Shown: piece after piece, positions 1 through 11,700 of the stretch
Layout of the letters: each line of letters opens with the position of its first letter
Numbering within the stretch: position 1 is the stretch's first letter
Assembly: GCA_976551045.1 (NCBI GenBank)
Contig: CDPCPM010000344.1
Coordinates: 1,674,001 to 1,738,000 of the forward strand
DNA: 64,000 nt
Source of the DNA: Glaucostegus cemiculus
Lineage: Eukaryota
Direction of reading: 5' to 3'
Made by a program: the position numbers and the translations under genes
The notes under the pieces: model-generated
Database searches by the model: none
Seen by the model: only the letters and a program-made list of their open reading frames with translations
Told to the model about the DNA's origin: nothing

Positions 1-929
1 ATGGTAAACAATGTCGCAGTCAGTGAAGTGAAAGATTGGTTTCTTGTACCAAAGGTTGTGGGAGTGTGATGTATCAGTGTTATATTAACATAATTACTGA
101 AACAAGTTCATGAAAAGACAGCCTTTATAATATTACTTTTGCAATGCAGCTTAGATTTTTCTTTACTTTTGCTTTGGAGAATGGTTATATGTCATGTTAT
201 AGTCAGTACATCTTTGATATTTACAGTTTTAAAACATTCCCTTGAAACTGCCAAATGTGACAACAGTTAATCAGCAACTTGCCGTTTAGCTTTCTGATTC
301 ATTCATGTTGTGTGACTGTTTCTGGCTGGGATGATTTTTATTGTCCATTTCCTGCCGCTCTGAGAATTCAGCTGAATGTTTTTCCCAGTCCAGTACAAAG
401 GGCAATTAAAAGGCCTCTGTGTTTGGTGTTGGACACAAGAAGGTGATCCAGGATCAATCTCCAAGTTAAGCAGTTTCATAACGAGCAATACATTGAAGCC
501 TTTATGTATACGGCACACTCTTTGCAGTTGAGAGAGGAGACCTTGGAGGCTGCTGCAATTATTCAATTTCCAACAGAGGAATAAAGTTTGAAGATGACGT
601 GTGTATTCCCTACTTTGCAATAACTTAATGTTTCTGTGGTAATGAAATGCTGTGTGATAATCCTGTGGAATATTTGGTTCAGGACCTAGGAAGAGAGATT
701 CCTAAAGAATTTTATTCAGTTTGCCACATAGTGAACTATCCATAAATGTTTCACTTATTCCAGCTCCTGAGGAGGTAGATCCCTGATGGTTTAGATGTAC
801 TTCTTAACATGCAGTACAAATGGGTAAGAACCAAGGAACAGATTCTGAAATCAGGCCTTACTTCCAGTGAGGCCAACGCTGGAATTCACAGGTGCACAGT
901 CAATGACTTCCCGTCCGTTAAAGATAATG

Positions 930-1300
930 GATGTAGTTCTAAAGAATAAGAGGTTCTTGGGGGAACTACGAGGGTGGGTGCTGAGAGAATGTTTCACCTG
1001 GTGAGACAATCTGGAACTAAAGGGCTTGGTTTTAGATGAGGGGTTGTCCACTTCAGATGGAGATGAGGAGGGATTCCTTCTCTCAGAGGGTGTGAATCTT
1101 TGGAGTTCTCGGCCCCAGAGAACTGTGGAGGCAGAGTTACTGTTTCTATTCGAGGTGGGGACTGGCAGATGTTTACATTACCAGGGAGTAGAGGAGTGAG
1201 CAGGAAAGTGATGCTGAGGCCAAGGCTGGTTGAGCCACTGTGGTTCCTGAATTGTGGAGCAGGCTCACGGTCCACTCCGACTCCTGTTCCTCATGTTCTT
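930..1300 (+). mobile_element. Degenerate CR1-type LINE 3' end
   Basis: gagatgaggagg...ttctctcagagggtgtgaatctttgga...aatggcggagcaggctc-like tail shared with other CR1 copies in the window. Confidence 0.65.
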
Positions 1301-1419
1301 AAAGCCAGTTTGCTCACCTCAGCTCCCTTTGTTTTGTGTCACAGAATGAAACCTTGTTTGGCACCGCCAGATCTTGAAAGCTGCAGGAAGGCACGCGAGG
1401 CCTGGCCGTTCAATGTAAC

Positions 1420-1692
1420 CGGGGCGGCACCCTCCCTCTCAGGGGCAGCCTCCCTCCCTCCCTCCCAGGGGCACCTTCCTCCCTCCCAGGGGAAGCTCCC
1501 TCCCTCCCACCTTGGGAACGGCACCTTCCCTCCTGGGGGTGGCTCCCTCCCTCCCAGGGACAGCTCCCTCCCTCCCGGGGGAGTCTGTCTGTCTCCCTCC
1601 CTCCCAGGAGCAGCTCCCTCCCTCCCTGGGGGGTGGCTCCCTCCTTCCCGGGGGTGGCTCCCTCCCTCCCAGGGGGGCGCCTCCCTCCTGGG
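1420..1692. repeat. C-rich minisatellite with a unit of about 19-21 bp (gcagctccctccctcccaggg-like)
   Basis: About 13 degenerate tandem copies of ctccctccctcccagggg are visible. Confidence 0.85.
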
Positions 1693-2512
1693 CATGCCTC
1701 ACTACGTAGTTGGAAGTTTTCTGGCTGTTTGGTTATTTGTTACTTTCCCGGTTTCTCCTCCCTCTCTGTCTCACCCTGTCCTGGTTCCACGGACATTGCC
1801 GTCCCACGGAAACATTCCCGGGTGCCAGTTTGCCCATCCGTCAGTGTCGGTGTTAGTTGGTAATCACTGACAATCTCAACCACCATCAGCCAATGGCCAC
1901 AGGACCACCTTCCAGCTGTTAACCGGGTGAGGGAGTGGTGACCACGTCTGGAGTCCCAGTCTCAGTCCGACATCGTATCCCCTCAGTGTCCTGCCCACTG
2001 CCGAGTGTTTCAGCTCAGACAGTTCAACTATAGCCAGGGACCGGAGCTGGGATCTTTGTTTACAGTGTTAAACTACAAGGTGTGTCGACACTCGGAGCTG
2101 AGCTCATAACGTACAGTTTTGAATGATTCTCCCATGGTGACAGCAGGCTTCTCGCTAATGACGTGATCTTGCGTGCCTGACCGGTTTACACACTCACTCA
2201 CCGGTGTCTCCCCTTGACTTTCCAAACTGCTGACAAAATCAAGGTTTAAGAAGGTAATTGTGGGTCCGAGCTGTGGCTCCCGCCGCAATGCTGGGGGAAC
2301 GGATCATCTGGGAAAACGGGAAAGGAATGTGGCTTTTACAAATCTATAGGAGGTGTTAGCATGGGAACTGTGGATCAAGCTGCCGATGTTAAAGGGGTCT
2401 CTCAGCAGCAGAGCATTTTTAATGCAATAATCCTTCACCAAAGGTGCACCATTGCATCTGATCTGAGTTTGCTGTTTGCACTTTTTTCCCCTCTCCTCTC
2501 CTCTCTGTCCAG

Positions 2513-2593
2513 GCTGTCTCCTTATTTGGTTTCCTTCCACTGGGAAGTGGTGGCAGTGCTAAGAATTTGGAGAGGCGCATCCAAGAGCTGCAG
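2513..2593 (+). CDS. Candidate alternative in-frame cassette exon (AVSLFGFLPLGSGGSAKNLERRIQELQ)
   Basis: About 30-nt polypyrimidine tract then cag; 81 nt open in phase 0-0; cag/gtagct donor; TACTAAC at 2634-2640. Confidence 0.5.
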
Positions 2594-3719
2594 GTAGCTG
2601 CCCAGGTCTGGGCATCAGAACTTGCTCAGCGACTACTAACTCACTGCTTTCAGGCCATTCCATCCCAGCCAGCTGTGAGCAGATCCAGGGCAGCAGCATC
2701 AGGTGTCCAGGGCAGTGCAGATGTGCATCATCGTGTCCAGGCCAGCAGAGACATGCAGCATTGATAGCAGCAGATGTGCAGCAAGGATCCAGGGTGGTGG
2801 CAGATGTGCAATATGTATGCAAGTTAGCAGGCCTGCACTGGAGAGTCATGCACAGTGCACTGATAGCTTAGAATTAATTGTTTGACTGCATAAATGCTAC
2901 AATGGATCAGTTATTGACCTATTTTCTGACACTTCTCCCTCACCAGCACACACTTTTGTTCCCTTCGATGTTATCTTTTATCAAATTTAAAATAATTCTC
3001 ATCCCTAATTGGGCATCTGCTGGTTGGTAGGTTCTGGCTGGGACTCACATGGGAACTCCACCCATGTTTCCAACTTGTGTGGAGTTATTTTGGAGGACCC
3101 AGAACGTGGACCCAAGCCAAATCCCTGGTGCCAATAACTGGAAGAACACTCTGCATCGCTCCAGCACCCTTAAAGTGACAGAACCTTCCACAAATATTAT
3201 GGGAGAAAATTTACTACAGAGTCTCAGAAGAAAAAAAAATTAGGGTGTGACCAAAATCTTTGTCAAAGCAGTAACCCTCTATAAATTGTGAGTGCTCAGT
3301 GTGTTTGTAACCGCTAACAGGGTAGACTGCACCGACTGACACACGTGTGACACAAGAAGTTCATGCAAAGTGATTCCGGGTTATTTAGTGACTTATCATA
3401 GACCGTCTCTAGAATTTTCTCTCAACCCAGGGAGCAGTCAGTCACTTGACACGATCCTTAATTGTTACCTCAATGTAGTCACCCCGACGTTGTTTGCACT
3501 GATATTATGTGAAGTACCCGGCTTCAAGATCAATCTTACCTCCCCTTTCAGGAATTCTGTGGGGGGGTGTGCCCCTCACCCCACCCACCAAGTTCCCTTC
3601 AAAACACCGCAAATGGTTTTTGATTACTACTAAAATAGTTGTCCAACTTATTATACACAATAATCTACATGGGTCATCTGGAATGGTATTGTAGGCCAAG
3701 TCCATACCTGTACTCTACA

Positions 3720-4520
3720 CCTAATGACTAGGCTTCTATAGCTTTGTCTGTATGTCTAAACCAGGCCGACAGACAAATCCCCCAACCTCTACTTCTGTGT
3801 CTGCAATACACAACTGTTATGCACGGAGTTCTTCCATAACAGTGCTTGGTAATTCCTTGGGTATCTTTCACCCCATGTCCACATTGTGCAGCCTTCGTTG
3901 GTGAACAGTTCACTGCACCAACAATGAAATAGCTTCATGGCTTCTTTCAGACCAGTGCAATTTAAAATGGATCCATCCCTGCCTCAGGTCTGTCTTCAAT
4001 TCCATTGCCATGATGGGGATATCATCTTCCACCTCCTGCAGGGTACAGCTTTCACTGTTTATGTCTGTTGTGACTTCTTTGTAAGTTAGACTCAATAAGG
4101 TGTCCATTGTAGCATCTTGTTGGACGCTTTGTACCCAATGCTGTGGTCACATTGAAACACAGAGATGATCCGTCCCTGCATCCTTGGTGCTGCTGTTTTG
4201 GGAAAAGCAGATTTCAGTTCCAGAATGTCCAGTAGGGATTTGTGGGCAGTGAGAGATTTGTGGGCATTGACCTGTGTGAATTGTCTTCCCAATTAGAATT
4301 CCTGAAAACTTCACGTATAATCCCCAATGGCTCCTCCTGCATCTGAGCACAACTATTATTCACTTTTGATCAAAGTGCGTGATGTGTAAGCCACAGGCTT
4401 TTCGTGGTCACCATCCATGATGTGGCTGTTCACTCTTCCAACTCCACAGTTAGAGCATCGTTGTGGTGTCCAGTTGGTGGTGTGATGCATCAGCCAGGAT
4501 CCCCAGCCCAATATTCCCGC
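3720..4520 (-). mobile_element. Decayed Gypsy/Ty3 LTR-retrotransposon pol fragment (RNase H and the start of integrase)
   Basis: Minus-strand peptides LADAS, SHIMDGDHEKPVAYTSRTL, GRQFT..HKSLLDIL..AAPRMQ resemble Gypsy RNase H motifs; many stops and frameshifts. Confidence 0.7.
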
Positions 4521-4629
4521 CACACACACTCCCGTGACCCAGGCTCACTGTACAATTGGTCTGCATGCCACACTCACCACAGCGTTCTTTACCAGCTAGA
4601 ATTATTTTATATTTTTGGAGTAATTCCCA

Positions 4630-4850
4630 CTTCCCCTTCCTCCATCTGCCTGTCACCACTCCTCCCTGGCTCTACCTATCGCTGGCCAGCTCTTGCTCCA
4701 CCCCCTCCCCTCACCTCTTAATGCCGACTATCTCCCCTCCAGCTTTCAATCCAGATGAAGGGTCTCGACCAAAACATCAGCTGTCCATTTCCCTCCACAG
4801 ATGCTGCCTGACCTGTTGAGCTCCCCCAGCAGTTTGTTTTGTTTTTGCAT
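4630..4850 (+). mobile_element. Penelope-like element 3' fragment with a degenerate hammerhead
   Basis: ccagatgaagggtctcgaccaaaac...ccacagatgctgcctgacctgttgagctcc. Confidence 0.7.
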
Positions 4851-5323
4851 TAGATCTCGTGTCTGGTAACTGGACTGCTTATCAGTTAGTCTGTACACAA
4901 ACTTATCTCACCGCCTACAACCCAAGGACACAAGATTCATTCAAACAACTATGTAATCACTTACCATCCTTTCCCATATGGGCTCCATGCTCTTGGCTCT
5001 GTGCGGTCTCTCGGATGGAATAGTTGGTGAAGTTTTGGCGAAGGGCTTTAGGTCAGTGACTCAGTGGAGGTGAGGCTTATGAACAGAGGAGTCGTGCTGA
5101 ACTACAAGCTCCACGCCTGCATTTGAAGGAGGGGTTCTTTTCAAGCTGTATAACCGAGACTGTACAACCCTGATTTTAGTTTATATTTATTCATCCATCT
5201 GAGGTAACAAGTGGAATGGCCTGAAAGCAGTTTGTTTCACCCTAACACTGCGGAGCTTGAGAGAGACTGTCTGCTTAATAATGAGTTTTGCAGGTGTGAT
5301 GAGGTCCTGGATTAACAGATCTA

Positions 5324-5509
5324 TTGGTTTAATACTTAGTCACTTGGTTTAATACTTCGTGCCTTCATCATGTGGTTTAATACTTTGTTACCTTTGTTGG
5401 TTGGTTTAATATTTTGTTACCTTTGTTGATTGGTTTAATACTTTGTTACCTTTGTTGATTGGTTTAATCCATTGTTACCTTTGTCACTTGGTTTAATACT
5501 CTGTTACCC
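5324..5509. repeat. AT-rich minisatellite with a unit of about 29 bp (ttggtttaatactttgttacctttgttga), about 7 copies
   Basis: Directly visible tandem repeat. Confidence 0.9.
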
Positions 5510-6174
5510 GTCTATACATGCTCAGGGACAATGGTTTCATTGAAATCCATGTGATAATGCTGTCCACCCCTTGTCTTTTGGCCAAAACCATGTCTGTGAA
5601 TCAAGATTACATTGTAAAGTTGTCAATGGAATACTGGGTTTTACGCCTGAGTACTCAGGTGATAAATAGCATGTGTGCGTGTGTGTTTGTGTTAAATGAT
5701 CTTCGGTAGAATTTCACGGTGGATTGCGGTTTTACGATTAAATCACAGCTTCATTGCAAGCCAGCAGGTAAGTGCTCAGCCTACCATTAACTCTTTAATC
5801 TCACAACGTTTCCATTGGAAAATTTTACTGGAATTTGATGACTCTTAATGGCTTTGGAGTTCATCTGGAAATTGTGTTTTCTCAACACAAAACTTCAAGT
5901 GTTTTTATAGTAAATAGGTTCCTCTTCCTGATTGGTTAGGTGGCCACCAATCACATTGCACCAGATGGACACCGCTCCAGTCACATTCTAGACCGGGCCT
6001 TGGGGCTGAAGTCCATTAGCATCTTCAGCAGTCCCAGGTCCTGGGAGAGTTTACACTGGTTTTCACCTGGTCCCAGCTGGAGGCAGTGGAAGAGAGGGGA
6101 ATGGAGGGGGTGCTAATCGGGTTGGATGAGGGAGAATGGGAGGAAGCTCCAATGGAACTCAAAGGTCAGCAAAG

Positions 6175-6460
6175 GGGAGATGGAGCACAAAGGAGAGGAT
6201 TCTTAGGGGTAGGATTTATGAGCATTTGGAAAACCGTGGCCTAATTAGGAACTGTCATAGCATGGCTTTGTGTGGGGCGGGTTAAGTCTTATTAACGATT
6301 GAGTTTTTTAAGGAGGTGACGATGGTGATTGATGTAGGTAGAGCTGTGGATGTTACGCAGGGAGAGTGTGCAAACTCCACACAGCCAGCACCTGAGGCCG
6401 GGATTGAACCTGTGTCTCTGGCACCGTGAGGCAGCGACTCCACCCTGCTGCCCACACTGC
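6175..6460. mobile_element. CR1 RT fragment (+) joined to a V-SINE head (-)
   Basis: [17 protein letters not shown]-like CR1 peptide, then gggagagtgtgcaaactccacaca...ggattgaacc. Confidence 0.65.
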
Positions 6461-7385
6461 TCTCCCTTAAATTACTTCTTCCCAGTGTCCCCACTGGACT
6501 CGAGTCTGATTTGCTGATGTCCCAGTCCCTTTATTGACTTAACAGTGAGGTGTTTGAGGTATCCTTAGGTCATGCAATGTGCAGAATAATTTTTTCCTCT
6601 ATAAATCTCCTTTATTCCAGTTTGAATCCGTGGAACAAAGCTGCAATGAAAATAGATCTGTAAAAATAAGGGAAGAGTCTAGAATATTTTAACCCCTTAG
6701 CTGCAAGTGTCAGGTCCTAGGTGGATTTGATCCTGAACAACTTCCAAAATTCCAAAATGTGACATGGACTTTCAGCCCTGGCCAAATGTGCCCCCTGGTG
6801 GCCGGTGAAATAGTGCAGTTGAGCATCACTAACGTAAAATAACTCATTAACATGTGAGTGCTAGCCGATGTTTGCAGTTTTGAAATGTTTTGCTTTGCTT
6901 TATTTCACTGAATTATGTGACACTAGTGAATGAAACCAAGTTTTTCCAGTGAGACATTGCTGGGAGTTCACTGAACGATGGGGAAATGGGACAGTGCTGG
7001 TTGTGGTGTCAGAGCAGATTGCATCAAGTTCCAGGCAGTTTCCAATAAGTTAGGTAGATCTTAGAGCAGGATAAAATATTGGCACAACAGTGTGGGCTGA
7101 AGGGCCTGTACTGTGCTGTAGTGTTCTATGTTCTGACTTGACACTACTCGAGGTCTCAATAAGGTCGAAGATAGAAGTCCAAAAACTGCCTGCATTTGTA
7201 TAGTGCCTTCAGTGCAAGGGATTTCACAAGGGTATTATCAGGCCCAGAGTGGACAGTAGGCTGCAGTGGTGACATGATGCAATGTGTGTGTCGTGGTGAA
7301 GGCTGTCTCATCGAGTTCTTGTCTTCACTCAGCAGAATAAGTTTTAATTGAACAGTTTATGTCCTGACCTTCGAAGGGTTTGTGG

Positions 7386-7635
7386 TTTTTTTTAAATTTA
7401 AATTTATTTACAACGTGGTAACAGGCCCTTTCGGCCCAACGAGTCCACGCCGCCCATTTTTAACCCCCAAATTAACCTACCCTTACGACTTTCAGAATGT
7501 GGGAGGAAACCGGAGCACCCGGAGGAAACCCACGCAGACGCAGGAGAACGTACAAACTCCTAACAGACAGCGACGGGCATCGAACCCCGATCGCTGGCGC
7601 TGTAACAGTGTCGCGCTAACCGCTACACTATCGTT
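7386..7635 (-). mobile_element. tRNA-derived V-SINE, subfamily with CR1-like tail
   Basis: B box ggttcgat, V-domain gtgggtttcctccgggtgctccggtttcctcccaca, tail ttgggccgaaagggcctgtt. Confidence 0.85.
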
Positions 7636-8577
7636 GGCTGAGCAGATCTCAGGACAGTGCTGATGGACGCATCACAGCTACATGCATATGGTAACTGTAC
7701 CACTGCAGCTCCAGGAGGCTCAGTTCTTAAGAGTTGTAAGTTATGGAAACCAGCCCTTCAGCCCACCGAGTCTGTGCTAACCATCAAGCATCCAATTTCC
7801 TGAACCCTGTTTTATTGGCTTGTGATCTGTATCAGGCAGCAGTGCATCTGCACTGAGAGGCTGCTCATCTCCCTGTCGCAGTCAGCAGGATTAGTTAGGG
7901 CCTGTTGCTGAGCTTGCTCAATGTGACAGGAGCTGGAAGAAGCCCCTGAGCAGAAAGAAGTGCTGGAAGTCACAAGCATCAAATCCAGCTCCTTGTTGCA
8001 GCGACAGACCGGAGGGCTAGTGAAGGTGTTCTCTTAAAGTAGCCATGCAATGGTCTGAATGCAGGATTATTGCAGGACCTTCTAGCACGGGGCCGATGCA
8101 TTGGTGTGAGGGGCATGGCTGAGGTTTTCCTTTCACGGAAATGCTTGGTTCCACTGCAGCACGGAGAGAATTGAAAGGTGGTGGTGCCACTGCTAGTCAG
8201 GGTGTCAAGACCATGTGTAGACTGTAGCTGAAGCAGAATTAAGGGCCAGAGATAACTGATGTGCAGAGAGTAATGCAATCCTCAGTTTTCAGCTGGCATA
8301 GTCACTTTTACTTTTTCAGTATAAACCTGCAAACCGGTATTTGGATTAAACCATCAGTAGATACTTGGTAAGATGCAATTGCTCCCTCCCTCCATTGAAG
8401 AAACTGTTGATAGGTAGTAGTCTATGTGCCTTGGGGGGGATAGAATTTAATGATGAAAGAAGCTGACAAGCAGTGGGGACAAATGTAAGGTTCTCAACAG
8501 GAACTGTATCTTGGTAATTATGTGGAAGTGCACCAATGTACTTACTATCTGATGCAAAGTGCTTTTAATTTTTCCAG

Positions 8578-8713
8578 GCCAAGATTGAACGAACCGACAT
8601 TGGAACTCTCATTATCCCTTCAATCACCGCTGCCCAGGCCGGTGTCTATCTGTGCGTGGGGACCAATACAGCTGGCTCCTCCGAAGGCCGTATTGAAGTC
8701 AAAGTCTTTGCCT
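8578..8713 (+). CDS. HSPG2: HSPG2 exon, C-terminal half of an Ig domain ([45 protein letters not shown])
   Basis: ttttccag acceptor, gtaagt donor, 136 nt, phase 0 to 1. Confidence 0.95.
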
Positions 8714-11700
8714 GTAAGTGTCTTGTTTTCCAAAATGTTCCGGCTTCTTTGTACTAATGCCTGAGGTGACACAAGTCCAGCTTATTGTTGGTCTAATCAT
8801 CGTAAATCATTGCAGAATGCAAATTCAATGGCTGCACTTCAAACAAAAAGACATTTCAGATACTTCCCATTGGAGAAAAGGTGTTCCGTTTCTCTCAGGG
8901 CCTGAGGGAAGCACAGAGGTGGAACAGTTCCAGGGAGCCAGGTTCAATCCTGGCCTCGAGTGCTGTCACTCTGGAGTTTGCATGTTCTCTGGTTTCCTCC
9001 CAGGTCTCAAGGTGTTTGTGTTAGCTTTATGTTGGCTAATGGCTGGGAGAATCAATGCAGAGGTGCACGGACATATAGGAGAGGGGGAATGGGATGGATG
9101 AGCTTGCTCCTCTGGGAGATAGGATGGAGCTGTTAGGCTGGATGGCTACCATGTATTATAAGTGGCAGGTAAGGAAGTATAGCGGTTGGCGTAACGCTTT
9201 ACAGCGCCAGCGGCCAGGGTTCGATTCTGGCCGCTGTCCGTAAGGAGTTTGTATGTCTTTTTCCCCGTGTCTGTGTGGGTTTCCTCCAGGTGCTCCGGTT
9301 TCCTCCCACATTCCAAAGCTGTATAGGTTAGGAAGTTGTGGGCGTGCTATGTTGGCACCGGAAGCATGGCGACACTTGTGGGCTGCCCTCAGAACACTCT
9401 ACACAAAAAGTTGGATTTCACTGTGTTTTGATGTACATGTGACTAATAAAGAAAGCTTATCTATGTCTTATTTTAAGTAATCTTCAAGGGACCTGGTGTT
9501 GTGTGTCTGGAGGCTAGAAACGGTTTGCATTGTTAGTGCCTCCAGTGGGTTGCTCACTAAGCAAGAACTAGCTTGTTGGGTTCACCTGGAGGTTTGACAA
9601 ATCTCGGTGAATGAACCCGGCACTCAAAGGTTCAGCATGGCTTGAGTTTCCGACATTTTTAATTTGCCTCGACAAAACCTTTGTCTTGAAACTAAACTGG
9701 GAGACAAACCTTATCTTCTGCAAAGAAGGTCTGTGGCCAACCTGCTAAATTGAATGGTAATAGATCCCAGAGATACAGGAGTTGCCTCCAGGAAACAGAA
9801 TTTTTCAGACACATTTTGGGTGTGCTGGGCACCTAACTAAGCCCTATTTCAACTGATAAACGGTCAGGAATGAACAAATACGCCACAGGAACTTCCACTT
9901 CAACTCTGGCTCCAGAGTTAGCTTCCCGCAGGATCGGTTACAGAACCCTGTGTCATGTGTGACACAGCAGATTTTCCATCCAGCTCCACCACTGCAGGAA
10001 TTTCCATTTGATGTACACTAGATGCTCTTGTGTTTATAATGTTCAGTCAGTACACTTCCCTTCTATTCTTTCCCTTCAGCCACACTGAAGCCATCACATA
10101 GAACATATACACCCAGAGCCACTATACCATGGAGACTCAAGAGACTGCAGATGCTGGAATCTGGAGCAACACAAAATCTGCTTTGTCCTGATGCAGGGTT
10201 TTGACCCAAAACGTCAACAGTTCCTTTCCCTCCACAGATGCTGCTCGACCCGCTGAGTTCCTCCAGCAGACTGTTTGTTGCTCCATGATACCTTATTTGG
10301 TGACACAAAACAATGATTGACCAAATTCAATGTTTTCAAAATGTTACTAGAAATCATCCAAACATTGCATTAAAAATGATCAGTGTGCTACCCCACATAC
10401 CAAAGCCTGTACCGGTGAAACAAGATTAAAACCAGGATTAATGTCGTCATTTAGAAAATATACAATATAATTTTATGAAATTAATGTATCAATGCAAAGA
10501 CGTATGGGTTAGGAAGTTGTGGGCATGCTATGTTGGCACTGGAAGTGTGGCGACACTTGTGGGCTGCCCCCAGAACACACAATGCAAAAAGATACATTTC
10601 ACTGTGTGTTTCGATATATGTGTGACTGATAAAGATGTCTTATCTTATTGATGGTCTTTGAATTTACTGTACATGTGTTACTCAGAATTATTTCCGACTT
10701 ATTGCCCATAATGAGTAATAATGATGTGCAAAATCCTGTCTTTTTTTTATTCACACTTGCATCCTCTTGGAAGATCTAGGAATATTTTTCCCTTTAACTG
10801 TATGTTTCCACTCTCCCCACAGCTGAAGGATCTGTCCCGCTGGTTCGAATTCAACCCTCTCCTGCCTCAGTGACAGAGGGAGAAATGCTGGAGTTATTCT
10901 GCCAGGTGACAGGAGACCCTCGACCTGAGGTTACCTGGCGCCGGTCACATGGTTATCTGACCTCCAATCACCAGGTATCTAAGTGTGGTTGTTATTTCTA
11001 AGTTGGCAGCGAGCAGGAATGGGATTCTAAGCTTTTTGATGTGGTGCTCTGCACACGAGTACAGGGGACTATCCCTGTGCCACTGACCAAAGTTTATCTG
11101 TGGACCAGCAACAGAGATGATGAGAAGATTTGCTTCACTGGTCTTAAGAGGAACACCAGCCCCCCACCCCCCCGCCACTGCTCAGATTGGCTGCATGTCC
11201 CCTGCATTTCTACTGTGGCTACACTTGATTGTAAGACACTGTGGGATGCTCCGTAAGTGTGCCACTGGGCAGCGATCCAATAAACCAGAGCTGTGAGATG
11301 CTTCCCTTCACATCTTTGTCCATGGGTGGGATGTCCAACCCCTGCCTGTGTCCTCGATGCCGGTGTTGGGCAGTGCTGTTGTTTTTGAGTGGTGACGGGG
11401 AATGGTTCTGACCTTCTGACTGATGTTGTAGGTTCACGGGCCGGTGCTGCGCATCCTACGGGCGAGTAGTGCTGATGCCGGGGACTACATCTGCCACGCT
11501 GAGAACAGCCTTGGGATGCAGGACGTGGCTGTGTCTGTGACAGTCATTCGCGGTGATTCACGTACGTATCCCAGAAAATCCTCCTCATAGTGTCGTGGAC
11601 TCATGTAGCGCACGAGCAGGCCCTTCTGCCCACCGTGTCTATCAAGTACCCATTTACAAGCACTTGATCCTTGGTGAACTGTTGTGAGAGTCTCTGCCTC

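Noticed and set aside
764-823. 60-nt segment with a good acceptor and a gtaaga donor
   Set aside because: It has stops in all three frames, and there is no other support for an exon.
1345-1414. Possible exon after ttttgtgtcacag
   Set aside because: It has a stop in the required phase 0 and no convincing donor.
1100-1870. 256-aa Pro/Gly/Ser-rich ORF and overlapping ORFs
   Set aside because: It is open only because it crosses a stop-poor minisatellite and a CR1 remnant; it has no ATG start and no exon signals.
5324-5509. Repeats of about 29 bp that superficially resemble a CRISPR array
   Set aside because: The units are head-to-tail with no unique spacers, there are no cas genes, and the context is a vertebrate intron.
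8320-8367. 48-nt exon-like segment (ttttcag ... gtaaga)
   Set aside because: It has a stop in phase 0, the phase needed to join exon 8578; at most a cryptic or poison exon.
1-8577. The exon encoding the N-terminal half of the first Ig domain
   Set aside because: I could not find it in the window; it presumably lies upstream.
9175-9250. tRNA-like sequences with A/B boxes
   Set aside because: They are SINE heads that continue into the V-domain, not tRNA genes.
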